Below, piece by piece: positions 9,541 through 19,635 of a stretch of DNA of 64,000 nucleotides. A program made the position numbers and the translations under genes. The stretch is from Bacteroidales bacterium (GTDB lineage: Bacteria > Bacteroidota > Bacteroidia > Bacteroidales > Prolixibacteraceae): positions 2,831 to 66,830 of the forward strand of contig JBBRZE010000019.1 of assembly GCA_038236995.1 (NCBI GenBank). Direction: 5' to 3'. How positions within the stretch are numbered: the stretch's first letter is position 1; each line of letters starts with the position of its first letter. Under the pieces are notes generated by a model. It had not been told where the DNA came from. It ran no database searches and saw only the letters and a program-made list of their open reading frames with translations.

Positions 9541-10632
9541 TTATCGCCATTCATTGTCAGCACTTAAAAATGCTTTTTTACCGAGAAAACGTGCATATGC
9601 CATCGATGCCTTTTCAAATAAACCGGATGTGATTTCGTTGTCCGGAAGAAAAGACGTAGCCCCCATCAATACTTCGTCTTTTTTAATTGTCCGATTCCAC
9701 AAACCTGCCACCTGACCGTCGGCAACAATAACCGGTCGGAAAATTCCATTATCTGAAACTGCCTTTTTGTGATGGACCAATGAAAGAGAAGCGCTTCTGT
9801 CCCTGTAACTGATTAAAAACTCGTCGAATGCGGGCAATAAATAAACGGAATTTCTATCCATCCTATTACCGGGAAAGGAATCTTTAAACCAATATTGGAC
9901 AGCATCAATCGTTTCAGAAATAAATCCAGATTTTACAGCTTCAAATCCCTGTCTCGCTTCAGTGACAGACAAACCGGACCACCAGACAAAATCCTGGAAG
10001 GTAGCAGGTCCATGACTAGTGAAATATCTTCTTGCAAGTTCAGCCAGGGATTCGCCTCTCCAAAGGATTTTCTTGTAAGGAACCCTGTCACATAACAAGG
10101 CATAGGTCTGTTTATTGCCGTTAACTTGTCCACTGCAAACAATCCCTTCAAGTTCTGCCCGAAGCATTATATGGGATAAACGGTTGTTGTCTGTTTTGAT
10201 ATTAGCGTTGTTAAAGGCGATGGCCAATTCTTCGCGCGATAAATGGACGCCTCCGGCAAGCAATTGCCCGATGATATGGTTACTCTTTGTATAGATGGCT
10301 ACGGAAAGTTCCAGTTCTTTGTCTCTTGATTTCATTGACGATTTAATCTTGTTCGCAGTGAGGTCAAGTAACCAGTAAATATCTTCTGAAGCAACAAAAT
10401 GCCACGTTGGTCGCATAACATGCGTCCGGAGAACTTCTCCTTTGTTTAAAGCTTTCTCAATTATTGCATTGGTCGGATTTAAAAGCCGGACGCCGACCGC
10501 CCATTTCGCCATTGCAAAATCCTGAGCCTGCATTGCCCCCATCCATAATACAACTTCTTTGGCTGAGGTGAATTTGGTTGATGCAATTTTCTGACTGAAT
10601 AAACGACAATTTGAAATTTCGGTTAAAGTCAT
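9541..10632 (-). CDS. Winged-helix DNA glycosylase-like protein (YcaQ/AlkZ, DUF1006 family)
   Basis: 363 aa. 'WMGAMQAQDFAMAKWAVGVR' and 'YLLPAFDEFLISYRDR' resemble the YcaQ/AlkZ family from memory. Confidence 0.6.
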   Translation of the reverse strand: MTLTEISNCRLFSQKIASTKFTSAKEVVLWMGAMQAQDFAMAKWAVGVRLLNPTNAIIEKALNKGEVLRTHVMRPTWHFVASEDIYWLLDLTANKIKSSMKSRDKELELSVAIYTKSNHIIGQLLAGGVHLSREELAIAFNNANIKTDNNRLSHIMLRAELEGIVCSGQVNGNKQTYALLCDRVPYKKILWRGESLAELARRYFTSHGPATFQDFVWWSGLSVTEARQGFEAVKSGFISETIDAVQYWFKDSFPGNRMDRNSVYLLPAFDEFLISYRDRSASLSLVHHKKAVSDNGIFRPVIVADGQVAGLWNRTIKKDEVLMGATSFLPDNEITSGLFEKASMAYARFLGKKAFLSADNEWR

Positions 10633-10638
10633 CCGGTT

Positions 10639-11175
10639 TTATTCGATTAATAAGATTGCAATTTTATTCATTTCTGCCGGATTATCTTTTACCACATTGA
10701 TGTCTAATCCTGCATTTCGGACCGTCTGATAAACATCGACCGCGAAACTCTCGGGACTTGGTCTCGATTTCATTTTATCCTTGCAATTTATCCTGTTCCC
10801 GGAACAATCCTTACACAACGTGCAACATGTTTGGTTCAATAAAAACGTTTTTTGATAGCCCGACAGAAAGACCTCACGTTCAATATCCAGTAATTTATTC
10901 GTCATTTCGCGCGACCATTCGGATGGATAAACGTTTTTATCGGCAAATTTGGTTAATCTTATAATCAAACCAGTTTCATATTCCTTGAAAAACCGGTCAC
11001 AATCATTTACAGATGGTGTATTTGGAGGACAAGCGCCTAATCCATAATCACCGCATCCGAACGAGCATTTTACCCTCACCCAATGTGCAACAACAATTTT
11101 TTTTGGATCGATCCATTTGAAATCTGTGAAGTTCTGACTTAATAAAACGGATTCTATTTCAGCTTTACTTTTCAT
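10639..11175 (-). CDS. DUF2284-like Cys-rich metal-binding protein
   Basis: 178 aa. 'VKCSFGCGDYGLGACPPNTPS' plus a second Cys cluster 'CCTLCKDCSGNRINC'. Confidence 0.55.
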   Translation of the reverse strand: MKSKAEIESVLLSQNFTDFKWIDPKKIVVAHWVRVKCSFGCGDYGLGACPPNTPSVNDCDRFFKEYETGLIIRLTKFADKNVYPSEWSREMTNKLLDIEREVFLSGYQKTFLLNQTCCTLCKDCSGNRINCKDKMKSRPSPESFAVDVYQTVRNAGLDINVVKDNPAEMNKIAILLIE

Positions 11176-11182
11176 GTCATTT

Positions 11183-11644
11183 TTATCCGTTAAGTTCTTT
11201 TTGCGTTTTCAATGCATTTTCCTTCAATCCCGGCCATTTTCCCCAAAGATCTTTGTCACACTTCTCAAGATCAGGACAAACAGAGCACGATTTTATTTCT
11301 TTCTCTTTGGCACATTTCCTGACGGAACATTTAAGCATCGCCTTATTTTGTGGTTTCCCTTCGGCTTTGCACCCATAACAAAATACGTCGTCGGTTGTAA
11401 ATGGAATCCCAAATTCTTTATTCCAACTTTCAGCTAATTCGATTTTCGCATTGAGGTCGTTATTCAAAGTTGCATTGAATATCCTGCATTGCGGATCACA
11501 TTTGAGACAACAAAACGACATTGCATCGATATCGGGTCGCAAAGTAGCGGTTGAATAACTATTGGCACCATTTAATTTGGTAATTGCAACCAGTCCGGCA
11601 GAAATGCCCAGGACACCCTTCAAAAATATACGTCTGTTTCCCAT
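11183..11644 (-). CDS. Cys-rich DUF3795-like protein with a Tat-like signal
   Basis: 153 aa. 'NRRIFLKGVLGISAG' at the N-terminus and multiple CxxC-type pairs (CCLKCDPQC, CYGCK, CSVCPDLEKC). Confidence 0.45.
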   Translation of the reverse strand: MGNRRIFLKGVLGISAGLVAITKLNGANSYSTATLRPDIDAMSFCCLKCDPQCRIFNATLNNDLNAKIELAESWNKEFGIPFTTDDVFCYGCKAEGKPQNKAMLKCSVRKCAKEKEIKSCSVCPDLEKCDKDLWGKWPGLKENALKTQKELNG

Positions 11645-11913
11645 TGTTTTAATATTAAGTCAGTACGAAGCGATATTATTTTCATCATGGTTCTCCATGT
11701 GAAAGTTGTGTTATAGCGGCTGATATCAGGAACCCGTTTATTTACATTCAGAATAACTTACCTAATAGATTTTCGACAGAATGCCAGCCAGTTAGCACTT
11801 GTCAAAAAGGATGGCGTTTTAACAATTGTAAATTTACATAGTTTTCAAGAAATCCAAATCATCATAACTGAAAAAATTAGATGATCAGCCAGGATGAAAG
11901 AACTACTTTTCTG

Positions 11914-11951
11914 ACAAAAAAGAGCCGCCGGATATTTCACCGACGGCTCTT
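11914..11951 (-). terminator. Rho-independent terminator ending the GH130-epimerase-symporter operon
   Basis: On the minus strand: AGAGCCGTCGG tgaaatat CCGGCGGCTCT (11 bp, one G.U) followed by TTTTTTG, located 42 nt after the symporter stop codon. Confidence 0.7.
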
Positions 11952-11992
11952 TTAAAGATATAAGATGCTCTTTTGAATGCTATTCTCGCTTT

Positions 11993-13417
11993 TTATGCCT
12001 TATTCCTTTTCAAGGTGAGTTGTTCCGAATTTTCCCTGACCTTCTTATCTGAAAGCGGGTAGAACATCATCCCTACAAAAGCCAGGATGCAGCAGACAGC
12101 AGGCATTAAGCTGATCATGATGTGCTCGCCAAAAATGGTTTCCTGACTCTGTTGCAACGCATCAGGCATATAATGGAACACCGCAAGAATCCATCCACTC
12201 ATGGCCGAACCCAGCGCCCAACCCAATTTCTGTGACATCGAAGAAGAAGAAAAAATCAATCCTGTCGCACGGCGTCCAGTAAGTAATTCCTGATGATCAA
12301 CAATATCGGCAAACATCGACCACAACAATGGCAGAACATATCCGGCGAAAATGGAGATCATGAACTGGAAAATCAGGATCCAGGTGATGTTGTTTGGAAT
12401 GAAATAAAATCCTGTACTCAATGCTCCGGCAATTAACATGGCAATCATATACGTTCTTTTCTTACCGTATTTTCTGGAAATGGAAGGTGCTGCCATTACC
12501 CCGATCAGATTGGCAGCCTGACCAACCAAAAAGTAAATAGTCGTCATATCCCAACCTGTTCCCGCCATTTTATAGTTGGATTGCACATAGTCCCTAAAAA
12601 AGTAGATGGCCACACTATCCCGTACAGCATTGAAAAGCAAGGCTGCCAAACCTGTTGCAACTAAAATCCACCAGGGAGCATTTTGAAACAGATCTTTCAA
12701 ATCCTTCTTGATTGAAACATCTTTTTCGCTTTCAATTTGAGTTACCCGCTCTTTTGTCCAGCTGAAACACAACAAAAACAAGACAATACAGATCATTCCG
12801 ATCGCACCAACGCCCATCACCCATCCAACAGGAGAGGTACTTATGGAGTTTTCAGCAGCTTGAGTTGCCTGAGCAACACCTTCGTTACCAAATGTTTTGG
12901 AAAAAAAGTCAATCAGCGGTTGTAACAACATGAAGGTTACAAAACTGCCAATGAATGCAAACGACATGCGGTAAGATGAAAGCGAATTTCGTTCAGTAGG
13001 ATCGGAAGAAATAGCTCCGAGCAAAGATGCATAAGGGACATTGATCATCGAATACACGATCATCATTAAAGAATAGGTAACGTATGCATAAATTAATTTT
13101 CCGGTTTGGCCGAAATCTGGAGCAAAAAACGTGATGGCACCCATTACAGCAAACGGTATGGCAAACCATAACAAATACGGGCGATATTTTCCATAACGGC
13201 TTTTGGTGCGGTCGCTGATTATTCCTACAAAAACATCGAAGAACGAATCCCACAAACGGGCAACCAGGAACATCGTTCCGGCTGCAGCGGCTGTGATTCC
13301 GAGAACATCGGTATAAAAAAACAAGGAATACATTCCGAAAATCTTCCAGAACATGGATGAAGCAGCATCGCCAAATCCGTAACCAATTTTCTCTTTCAGG
13401 GTGATTTTTTGAATCAT
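11993..13417 (-). CDS. Glycoside-pentoside-hexuronide (GPH):cation symporter, MFS
   Basis: 474 aa, about 12 TM segments. N-terminal 'KEKIGYGFGDAASSMFW' and 'DRTKSRYGKYRPYLL' are typical of the MelB/YicJ family. Confidence 0.8.
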   Translation of the reverse strand: MIQKITLKEKIGYGFGDAASSMFWKIFGMYSLFFYTDVLGITAAAAGTMFLVARLWDSFFDVFVGIISDRTKSRYGKYRPYLLWFAIPFAVMGAITFFAPDFGQTGKLIYAYVTYSLMMIVYSMINVPYASLLGAISSDPTERNSLSSYRMSFAFIGSFVTFMLLQPLIDFFSKTFGNEGVAQATQAAENSISTSPVGWVMGVGAIGMICIVLFLLCFSWTKERVTQIESEKDVSIKKDLKDLFQNAPWWILVATGLAALLFNAVRDSVAIYFFRDYVQSNYKMAGTGWDMTTIYFLVGQAANLIGVMAAPSISRKYGKKRTYMIAMLIAGALSTGFYFIPNNITWILIFQFMISIFAGYVLPLLWSMFADIVDHQELLTGRRATGLIFSSSSMSQKLGWALGSAMSGWILAVFHYMPDALQQSQETIFGEHIMISLMPAVCCILAFVGMMFYPLSDKKVRENSEQLTLKRNKA

Positions 13418-13546
13418 AATTCAGTTCGTTATTTATTGGTTTGTTGTTTCAAATGTAGTCAATAATATTAGTCGATAAAATATTGAAACGATCTGTCACC
13501 AGCAACTGTCAGCCGCTTCATTTCACTTTGAGAAAACACAGCCCAT

Positions 13547-14755
13547 TCATTTACCTGGAAGTTCTGAAACAATTCCGATCACCTCCATCATTGCCCTGCT
13601 GTTATGGTAGGGACATTTCCAGAAACCGGCCTTATCTTCAGAAGCTATTGGAATCCCATCTTTATCAACCCGCCAAAACCATTCACCATTCACCCAATCA
13701 ATCATAGTAGTGCGAATGAATTGCCACACATTGACAAGCTGATTTTTATAAATATCTTTACCCGTAATTTTCCAGGCATAAGCAAGACCGACCATCGCTT
13801 CGGCCTGCATCCACCAATGTTTATCCGTATCAAGATGTCCTGACAGCATGTCCTTCTCATTAAAGAGAGATCCATCCAAATCACACCCATCTGCTAATGT
13901 AGCATCAACCATCTGGACCAGGTTCTCACTAACTTCAGCAATCAGTTTCGTTTCCCCCACAGCAATGGCTGCTTCATACAAAAGCCAAGCTCCTTCAATA
14001 TCGTGTCCGTATGATACAATCGGTGATTGAACTGTCCAATCGTTCGCAAAAAACAAGTTGAAATGGTGAGTCCGAGGATCAATAATTTTATCGAGAAAAA
14101 TACGGATCAATGCGGCGGTCTTCTCTCTCAACTGATTATCAGGCCATATTTTCAGCAAATTCGTATAGGGTTCAAGAATATGAAGATGCGTGTTCATTGA
14201 TTTGGGTTCGTTCGCATCTTTCGGGCTAAGTCTGAAATCTTTGAGTATACTCCAGTCATTGGCAAATGCCTCGAAGTAACCACCTTCAACCGGATCGTAG
14301 CTAAATTTCTCAATACATTCAAACAACCCTATGGCCTTCTCTAGCGCCTGTGGGTTTTTACTTGCCTTGAAATACTCCGAAAAACCATATATTCCAAATC
14401 CCTGCGCATAGATCTGTTTACGGCTGTTCAGAACAGTCCCTTTTTCGTCGAGTTCCCAGAACAATCCGCCAAATTCCTTGTCACTGAAATTTTCATTGAT
14501 ATACTGATAGGCCCTGTCAGCCAACGCAAGATATTCCGGGTGATGTGTGAAATTATATGCAGCAGAAAAAGTCCATAAAATCCGGGCATTCAGGACTACA
14601 CCTTTGGATGCGCCGTTTATTTGCCGGTTAAAATGATCGCGTCTGCCAGCAAATCCACCAAATTCATTGTCCAAACAGAAATCTGTCCAGTACTTTAAGA
14701 TATGCTCCAGTTCCTGAGCAAGTTCATCCTTTAATTTCCGCGGGAAATAAGTCAT
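13547..14755 (-). CDS. N-acylglucosamine 2-epimerase (AGE) superfamily enzyme, probably cellobiose/mannobiose 2-epimerase
   Basis: 402 aa with an (alpha/alpha)6-type sequence ('[13 protein letters not shown]', '[12 protein letters not shown]', '[11 protein letters not shown]'). Sits beside a GH130 gene, as in known mannan pathways. Confidence 0.75.
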   Translation of the reverse strand: MTYFPRKLKDELAQELEHILKYWTDFCLDNEFGGFAGRRDHFNRQINGASKGVVLNARILWTFSAAYNFTHHPEYLALADRAYQYINENFSDKEFGGLFWELDEKGTVLNSRKQIYAQGFGIYGFSEYFKASKNPQALEKAIGLFECIEKFSYDPVEGGYFEAFANDWSILKDFRLSPKDANEPKSMNTHLHILEPYTNLLKIWPDNQLREKTAALIRIFLDKIIDPRTHHFNLFFANDWTVQSPIVSYGHDIEGAWLLYEAAIAVGETKLIAEVSENLVQMVDATLADGCDLDGSLFNEKDMLSGHLDTDKHWWMQAEAMVGLAYAWKITGKDIYKNQLVNVWQFIRTTMIDWVNGEWFWRVDKDGIPIASEDKAGFWKCPYHNSRAMMEVIGIVSELPGK

Positions 14756-15939
14756 AAATCTGGATTAAAAGCAATATTTTGATCGATAAGCTCGTTTATA
14801 TTCTGAACTGATGCAGCCGAACGGAACTTATCCTGTGGTGTGTTGATGCAATAATCGACCAGTTGATCAACTGTTGATGTCGCGACATGCATACGCGTAT
14901 CTGATGAAGCATAATAAATAAATACCTCACCATCCTCCTCTTCAATCCAGCCATTTGTAAATACTACATTCGAAACATCCCCGACACGCTCTTCGCCAAG
15001 CGGCCCAATAAAATGGCCGGCAGGTTTGTAAATCACTTTTGTAGGATCATCAATTGCAGTCATAAACAGATAAAGCGTATATCGAAGTCCGGCAGCAGTA
15101 TTCCTGACACCATGAGCAATATTTAACCACCCTTTTGCGGTTTTAATCGGAGCAGGACCCTGACCGTTCTTCACTTCGTATACCGTGTGATAGACTTTGG
15201 CATCCAAAATTTTCTCATGTTTAACTTCCGCATTTACGATGGTATCCGAAAGGCCAAATGCAATTCCACCTCCTTTGCCTGTGTCGATAAAACCATCCTG
15301 CGGACGTGTGAAAAATGCATATTTTCCATCAACAAACCATGGGTGCAATACCACATTGCGTTGTTGTCCGCCATAAGTAATCAGATCAGGAAGGCGCTCC
15401 CAATTGATAAAATCTTTTGTCCTTGCAATACCAGCCGCAGCTACAGCACTGCTTGTATCACCTTCAGGAGCATTGGGATCCTTTCTTTCGGTGCAAAATA
15501 CACCATATACATAACCATCCTCATGGATCGTAACCCGCATATCATAAAGATTGGTATCGGGATTTTCTGTCTCGGGCATTGTAATAGGCCGTTCCCAGAA
15601 CCGAAAGTTATCGACTCCGTTAGGACTTTCAGCAACGGCAAAAAAAGATTTCCGGTCATTCCCCTCAACACGAACAATTAATAAATATTTACCGTTCCAC
15701 TTTACAGCACCTGAATTAAAAGTCGCATTAAATCCGATACGCTCCATGCAATAAGGATTTGTTTCAGGATTCAGATCATAACGCCAATGGATTGGAATAT
15801 GATTCCGTGTTAAAACCGGGTACTTAAACCGGTTAAAAACACCATTCGTACTGAAACGCTTCTCATTTTTTCGGGTCAGTAAAGCTTCACTTTCACTCCG
15901 GATGATTGCAATGCGATTCTGAAATAATTCGTCATTCAT
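14752..15939 (-). CDS. GH130 beta-1,4-mannosyl-glucose / mannooligosaccharide phosphorylase
   Basis: 395 aa. '[20 protein letters not shown]', '[24 protein letters not shown]' and '[14 protein letters not shown]' are typical of GH130. A 4-nt ATGA overlap links it to the epimerase gene. Confidence 0.8.
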   Translation of the reverse strand: MNDELFQNRIAIIRSESEALLTRKNEKRFSTNGVFNRFKYPVLTRNHIPIHWRYDLNPETNPYCMERIGFNATFNSGAVKWNGKYLLIVRVEGNDRKSFFAVAESPNGVDNFRFWERPITMPETENPDTNLYDMRVTIHEDGYVYGVFCTERKDPNAPEGDTSSAVAAAGIARTKDFINWERLPDLITYGGQQRNVVLHPWFVDGKYAFFTRPQDGFIDTGKGGGIAFGLSDTIVNAEVKHEKILDAKVYHTVYEVKNGQGPAPIKTAKGWLNIAHGVRNTAAGLRYTLYLFMTAIDDPTKVIYKPAGHFIGPLGEERVGDVSNVVFTNGWIEEEDGEVFIYYASSDTRMHVATSTVDQLVDYCINTPQDKFRSAASVQNINELIDQNIAFNPDL

Positions 15940-16606
15940 GATTAAATTGTTTTATATCTTGTCAGCTAATTAGTTTTCAAGTCTATTCAAATTGACTACA
16001 TGTCAAACCTCTTCCACATCGTCGAGATTAAAAGACTCTTTCATTAAACATCACTTTTGTAAAAACTACATTATAAGGTCGATGACATCGATACTCAACC
16101 TTTTTCATCAGTATAATTCATGTCCGTTAGTTGTATGCAAACTTAGTCTGCAAAACAACCAAATTATAATAGTATCTTATCTAATAAATGTACTTTCTGA
16201 TCAGTTAAGCATACTAAATCAACATCCATTTTTTATTTTATTCAATTTCGACAGTAAAAATACATTTTATTCAAAATCAGTCATAACCGTATTTACACAG
16301 CTGTCTTGAAAAAACCAACTTGAATTGAGGCAATTACGAATCATTCCGTATAACAAATAGCCATTTAAAATTGAATGTTAAGTTTATAAGTTACCTTCAG
16401 GAAATCAAAGTGCTATCGTCATTTCATAGTGAAATGGATATCCGGAAAAAATTAAAATCATACTTTTTTCCAATACTATCACACCAAATTTCGAATATAA
16501 ACAGTATTTTAGCGCTGATTATAAACTAAACGGCTTTCTTCCAACAATCCAGCAGCATTGACTTAATTTATAAATCTGTCTGAATTAAAAAATAAACGTT
16601 TTACTC

Positions 16607-17482
16607 ATGAAAGATCCTATACACAGAGAGATAACACCGCTAAGCGATAACGACTGTTTTATGGTTTTTGACCGGTATAAGTCGGAATTTAGTTTCCCTG
16701 TCCATTTTCATCCTGAATATGAAATCAACTATATTTCGAATGCAAAAGGGGCAAAAAGGATTGTGGGGGATCATATTGATGAAATTGATGATCTGGAGTT
16801 GGTACTTGTCGGACCGAATATTTTCCATTGCTGGGAAGATTACCACAACACCGAAAAGCAGATTCATGAAATCACTATTCAGTTTCCGGCAGACCTGATC
16901 GGCGAGAATCTTCTAAATAAGAATGTTTATAAACCCATCAAAGAGCTGTTTCACCATGCACAGCGTGGAATCGCTTTCTCGCGGCAAACAATCAGGCAAG
17001 TTGAAGACAAACTATTCACAATTAGCAAGAAAAGCGGATTCGATTCAATCCTTGAATTACAGTCTTTACTGTTTGATCTGGCCACTTCCCGAAACCAGCG
17101 GTTGCTGACCAATGCCTCTTTTCAACGGGCAAACGATTTTTACAACAGTGAAAACATCGAAAAGATGTACAACTACATTAAGGAGAACTACAACAAGAAG
17201 ATTAAGTTGGAAGATGTTGCCCAGTTACTTAGCATGTCGGTGGTTTCATTTACCCGACTAATTAAGCAACACACCGGAAAGTCATTCATTGATTTTTTGA
17301 ACGAAATGCGCCTTGGTTTAGCCACGCGGCAGTTGATCGAAACAAATACGAGTATTGCGCAAATATGTTTTAATTGAGGCTTTAACAATGTTTCAAACTT
17401 CAATCGTGTCTTTAAGCGGAAACAAGGGGTAACACCCTCCGAATTCAGGAATAATTTCACGGGGATGAAAAGCATTTACTGA
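16607..17482 (+). pseudogene. AraC/XylS-family regulator (cupin sensor plus double HTH) interrupted by an in-frame TGA at 17375-17377
   Basis: The track ORF ends '...TSIAQICFN*'. The same frame continues 'GFNNVSNFNRVFKRKQGVTPSEFRNNFTGMKSIY*', which is the conserved end of the AraC second HTH (GF..xS.F.R.FK...G.TP..(Y/F)R). Confidence 0.65.
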
Positions 17483-17516
17483 CACTTGTTACCTTTGGTG
17501 AAAATTAAATCGGCGC

Positions 17517-18137
17517 ATGACAATAGATAATTTCCCTTCTAAACTTTTGGAAAACGCGGTAAATGAATTCGCTAAACTGCCCGGAATCGGAAAGAAAACG
17601 GCACTACGGCTTGTACTTCATTTACTAAAAAAAGATGTCACAGAAGTTCAACGGTTTAGCAGGGCCTTGACACAACTACGTGAAGAGGTAAAGCATTGCC
17701 GGATATGCCGCAATATTTCCGACGCTGAAATCTGCAATATTTGCAATAATCCATCGCGCGACAGCCGTACGGTTTGTGTGGTTGAGAACATCCGCGACGT
17801 GATGTCGATCGAAAACACTCAACAATACCGGGGCGTCTATCACGTTTTGGGCGGAATTATTTCACCGATGGATGGAATTGGCCCTGCCGATCTTGAGATT
17901 GATTCACTTCTTAAAAGGATTGAAAATAACGAAATCGATGAAGTGATATTTGCCTTAAGTACCACGATGGAGGGCGACAGCACCAATTTTTATATCTTTA
18001 AAAAAATCAAAGGGGGCCATGTGAAGATTACCACTTTGGCGAGAGGTGTTTCCATCGGAGATGAAATCGAATATACGGACGAGGTGACTTTAGGACGGTC
18101 GATTGTTAACCGTATGCTTTTTGAAAACTTCCTGTGA
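17517..18137 (+). CDS. recR: Recombination protein RecR
   Basis: 206 aa. '[17 protein letters not shown]' (HhH), C4 zinc finger '[16 protein letters not shown]', and a Toprim domain. Confidence 0.9.
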   Translation: MTIDNFPSKLLENAVNEFAKLPGIGKKTALRLVLHLLKKDVTEVQRFSRALTQLREEVKHCRICRNISDAEICNICNNPSRDSRTVCVVENIRDVMSIENTQQYRGVYHVLGGIISPMDGIGPADLEIDSLLKRIENNEIDEVIFALSTTMEGDSTNFYIFKKIKGGHVKITTLARGVSIGDEIEYTDEVTLGRSIVNRMLFENFL

Positions 18138-18278
18138 TATAGGTTGAAAAACTGTTTATATCGTTTAATGGCTCGCTAAAAACAGGGTTTGGAGATGCTA
18201 ATTATGTCAATAGCTGAATTACAAGAAGCCAGTTGCACTGAGTTAAAAATTTCTGATGAGCTATAAAAATACCAAAGT

Positions 18279-18824
18279 TTGATGCAAATGAAATCATATC
18301 TCTCAAACGACATTCTCGCGCTCCGGGCGATTGAACCCGAAGATATTGAATTGCTGTTTTCATGGGAAAACGATCCGGAAATTTGGGAAGTTAGTCACAC
18401 ACTGGTCCCCTATTCGAAATACATCCTTGCCCTATATATAAAAAATGCCGATAAAGACATTTACGAAAGCAAACAACTTCGTTTAATGATCGAAACTACA
18501 GATGGGAAAACCATTGGCGCCATTGATCTTTTTGATTTCGAACCTTACCATTCACGCGTTGGGATCGGCTTGCTGATTCATAGCCGCGAGGACCGGTCGA
18601 AAGGTTATGCCTCGGTAGCGCTTGAACTACTGATCGATTATTGCTTTAAAAAGCTAAATATCCATCAATTGTATGCGAATATCGAAACGGGAAACAAAAT
18701 AAGTCTCCAGTTGTTCGAAAAGCATGGCTTTCGGATTTGTGGCACTAAGAAGGAGTGGCTTCGGACAGATGCAGGATGGAAAGATGAAGTGATGCTCCAA
18801 TTGGTGGCAAAAGAGACAATTTAA
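18279..18824 (+). CDS. GNAT-family N-acetyltransferase
   Basis: 181 aa with an RimJ/RimL-like pattern: 'LRAIEPEDIELLFSWEND', 'RSKGYASVALELLIDYCF', 'NKISLQLFEKHGF'. Confidence 0.75.
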   Translation: MMQMKSYLSNDILALRAIEPEDIELLFSWENDPEIWEVSHTLVPYSKYILALYIKNADKDIYESKQLRLMIETTDGKTIGAIDLFDFEPYHSRVGIGLLIHSREDRSKGYASVALELLIDYCFKKLNIHQLYANIETGNKISLQLFEKHGFRICGTKKEWLRTDAGWKDEVMLQLVAKETI

Positions 18825-19021
18825 CAGATATTCAAATAATGATATAATTGCACTTATTTTTTAGTCTTACTTCCGGTAGAAGTGATTTTGGCCTCTCTTT
18901 TCAGTTCAGACAGATATCATTTGCAAAATGATGAACGTTAAAAGCATAGGCCAATTATTCACCAATTATGTCTTTCCCTTCATTAATATTGCCAATAGAC
19001 AAAATTGATAAGATCGTATTT

Positions 19022-19432
19022 TTACACCAACTGTACCTGACTTATCTCGTCAGCAAATTTATGCAGAGATTTTTCAATTTTCTGAACCGTCTTTTGGCTT
19101 GGCTTGCGCCTTCCGGTTACATAGTGGCTCAACTGACCTTGTGCTATGCCAGTCAGCCTTCCTAACCCGGCCAATGATAATACATTTGAGTAATATGCAA
19201 GAAATGAAGCTGTATCGTATTTAAATACAAACTCTAAATCTTCTGGGAAAGGTTTGCCGACTTCCTTATAATAAGTCTGTATTTCATCCCTGCTGCTGTA
19301 AAAATCATTTATGGCTTCCTGTACGGTATCTCCTTGCCCTAGCATCCCAAACGTTAAACCTTTGGTTTGCTCCCCCAAATGTATATCGTAAGTACCGTCT
19401 AAGCCTTTCTCAATAAATACATCTACTTTCAT
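19022..19432 (-). CDS. hicB: HicB-like antitoxin (RNase-H-like fold plus C-terminal HTH)
   Basis: 136 aa, starting 14 nt downstream of hicA. Has a C-terminal HTH-like region 'LAGLGRLTGIAQGQLSHYVTGRRKPSQKTVQKI'. Confidence 0.65.
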   Translation of the reverse strand: MKVDVFIEKGLDGTYDIHLGEQTKGLTFGMLGQGDTVQEAINDFYSSRDEIQTYYKEVGKPFPEDLEFVFKYDTASFLAYYSNVLSLAGLGRLTGIAQGQLSHYVTGRRKPSQKTVQKIEKSLHKFADEISQVQLV

Positions 19433-19446
19433 CTTATCAATATTTT

Positions 19447-19635
19447 TTAAAATTTAACTCCCGAATCATGACTGATCTGCTTTAATGTTCCAAATTTCAC
19501 CTCTTCACTTTTGTGATGCCCTGTTTGAAATTCCTTTCCTGTTATCGGACTAAACCACCAGGGGTGTTTTTTACCATCACCTATCCAATAGCACCCTTCT
19601 TTTTTTAATTTTCGTTCCAATTCAGAATATTTCAT
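19447..19635 (-). CDS. hicA: HicA-family mRNA-interferase toxin
   Basis: 62 aa. 'YSELERKLKKEGC...GKKHPWWFSP...GHHKSEEVKFGTLKQISHDSG' matches the HicA/YcfA pattern. The toxin-first gene order is typical of hicAB. Confidence 0.75.
   Translation of the reverse strand: MKYSELERKLKKEGCYWIGDGKKHPWWFSPITGKEFQTGHHKSEEVKFGTLKQISHDSGVKF

Noticed and set aside
15187-15681. Long antisense ORFs inside well-supported genes (15187-15681 in GH130, 54458-54865 in the PASTA/rluD region, 57642-58160 and 57121-57492 in dnaB, 50010-50375 in tgt, 62915-63307 in the adhesin)
   Set aside because: These are shadow ORFs opposite strongly recognisable coding frames. Their translations are low-complexity and match no family I know.
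15992-16309. 105-aa ORF in the AT-rich intergenic region
   Set aside because: Its composition is low-complexity and dominated by S/I/N/L/F. It has no recognisable domain and lies in a divergent promoter region. It is most likely an artefact of AT-rich DNA.
17375-17377. TGA in the AraC gene as selenocysteine or a reassigned codon
   Set aside because: TGA terminates ordinary genes in this window, for example the CDF transporter. AraC regulators are not known selenoproteins. A point nonsense mutation or a sequencing error is more parsimonious.
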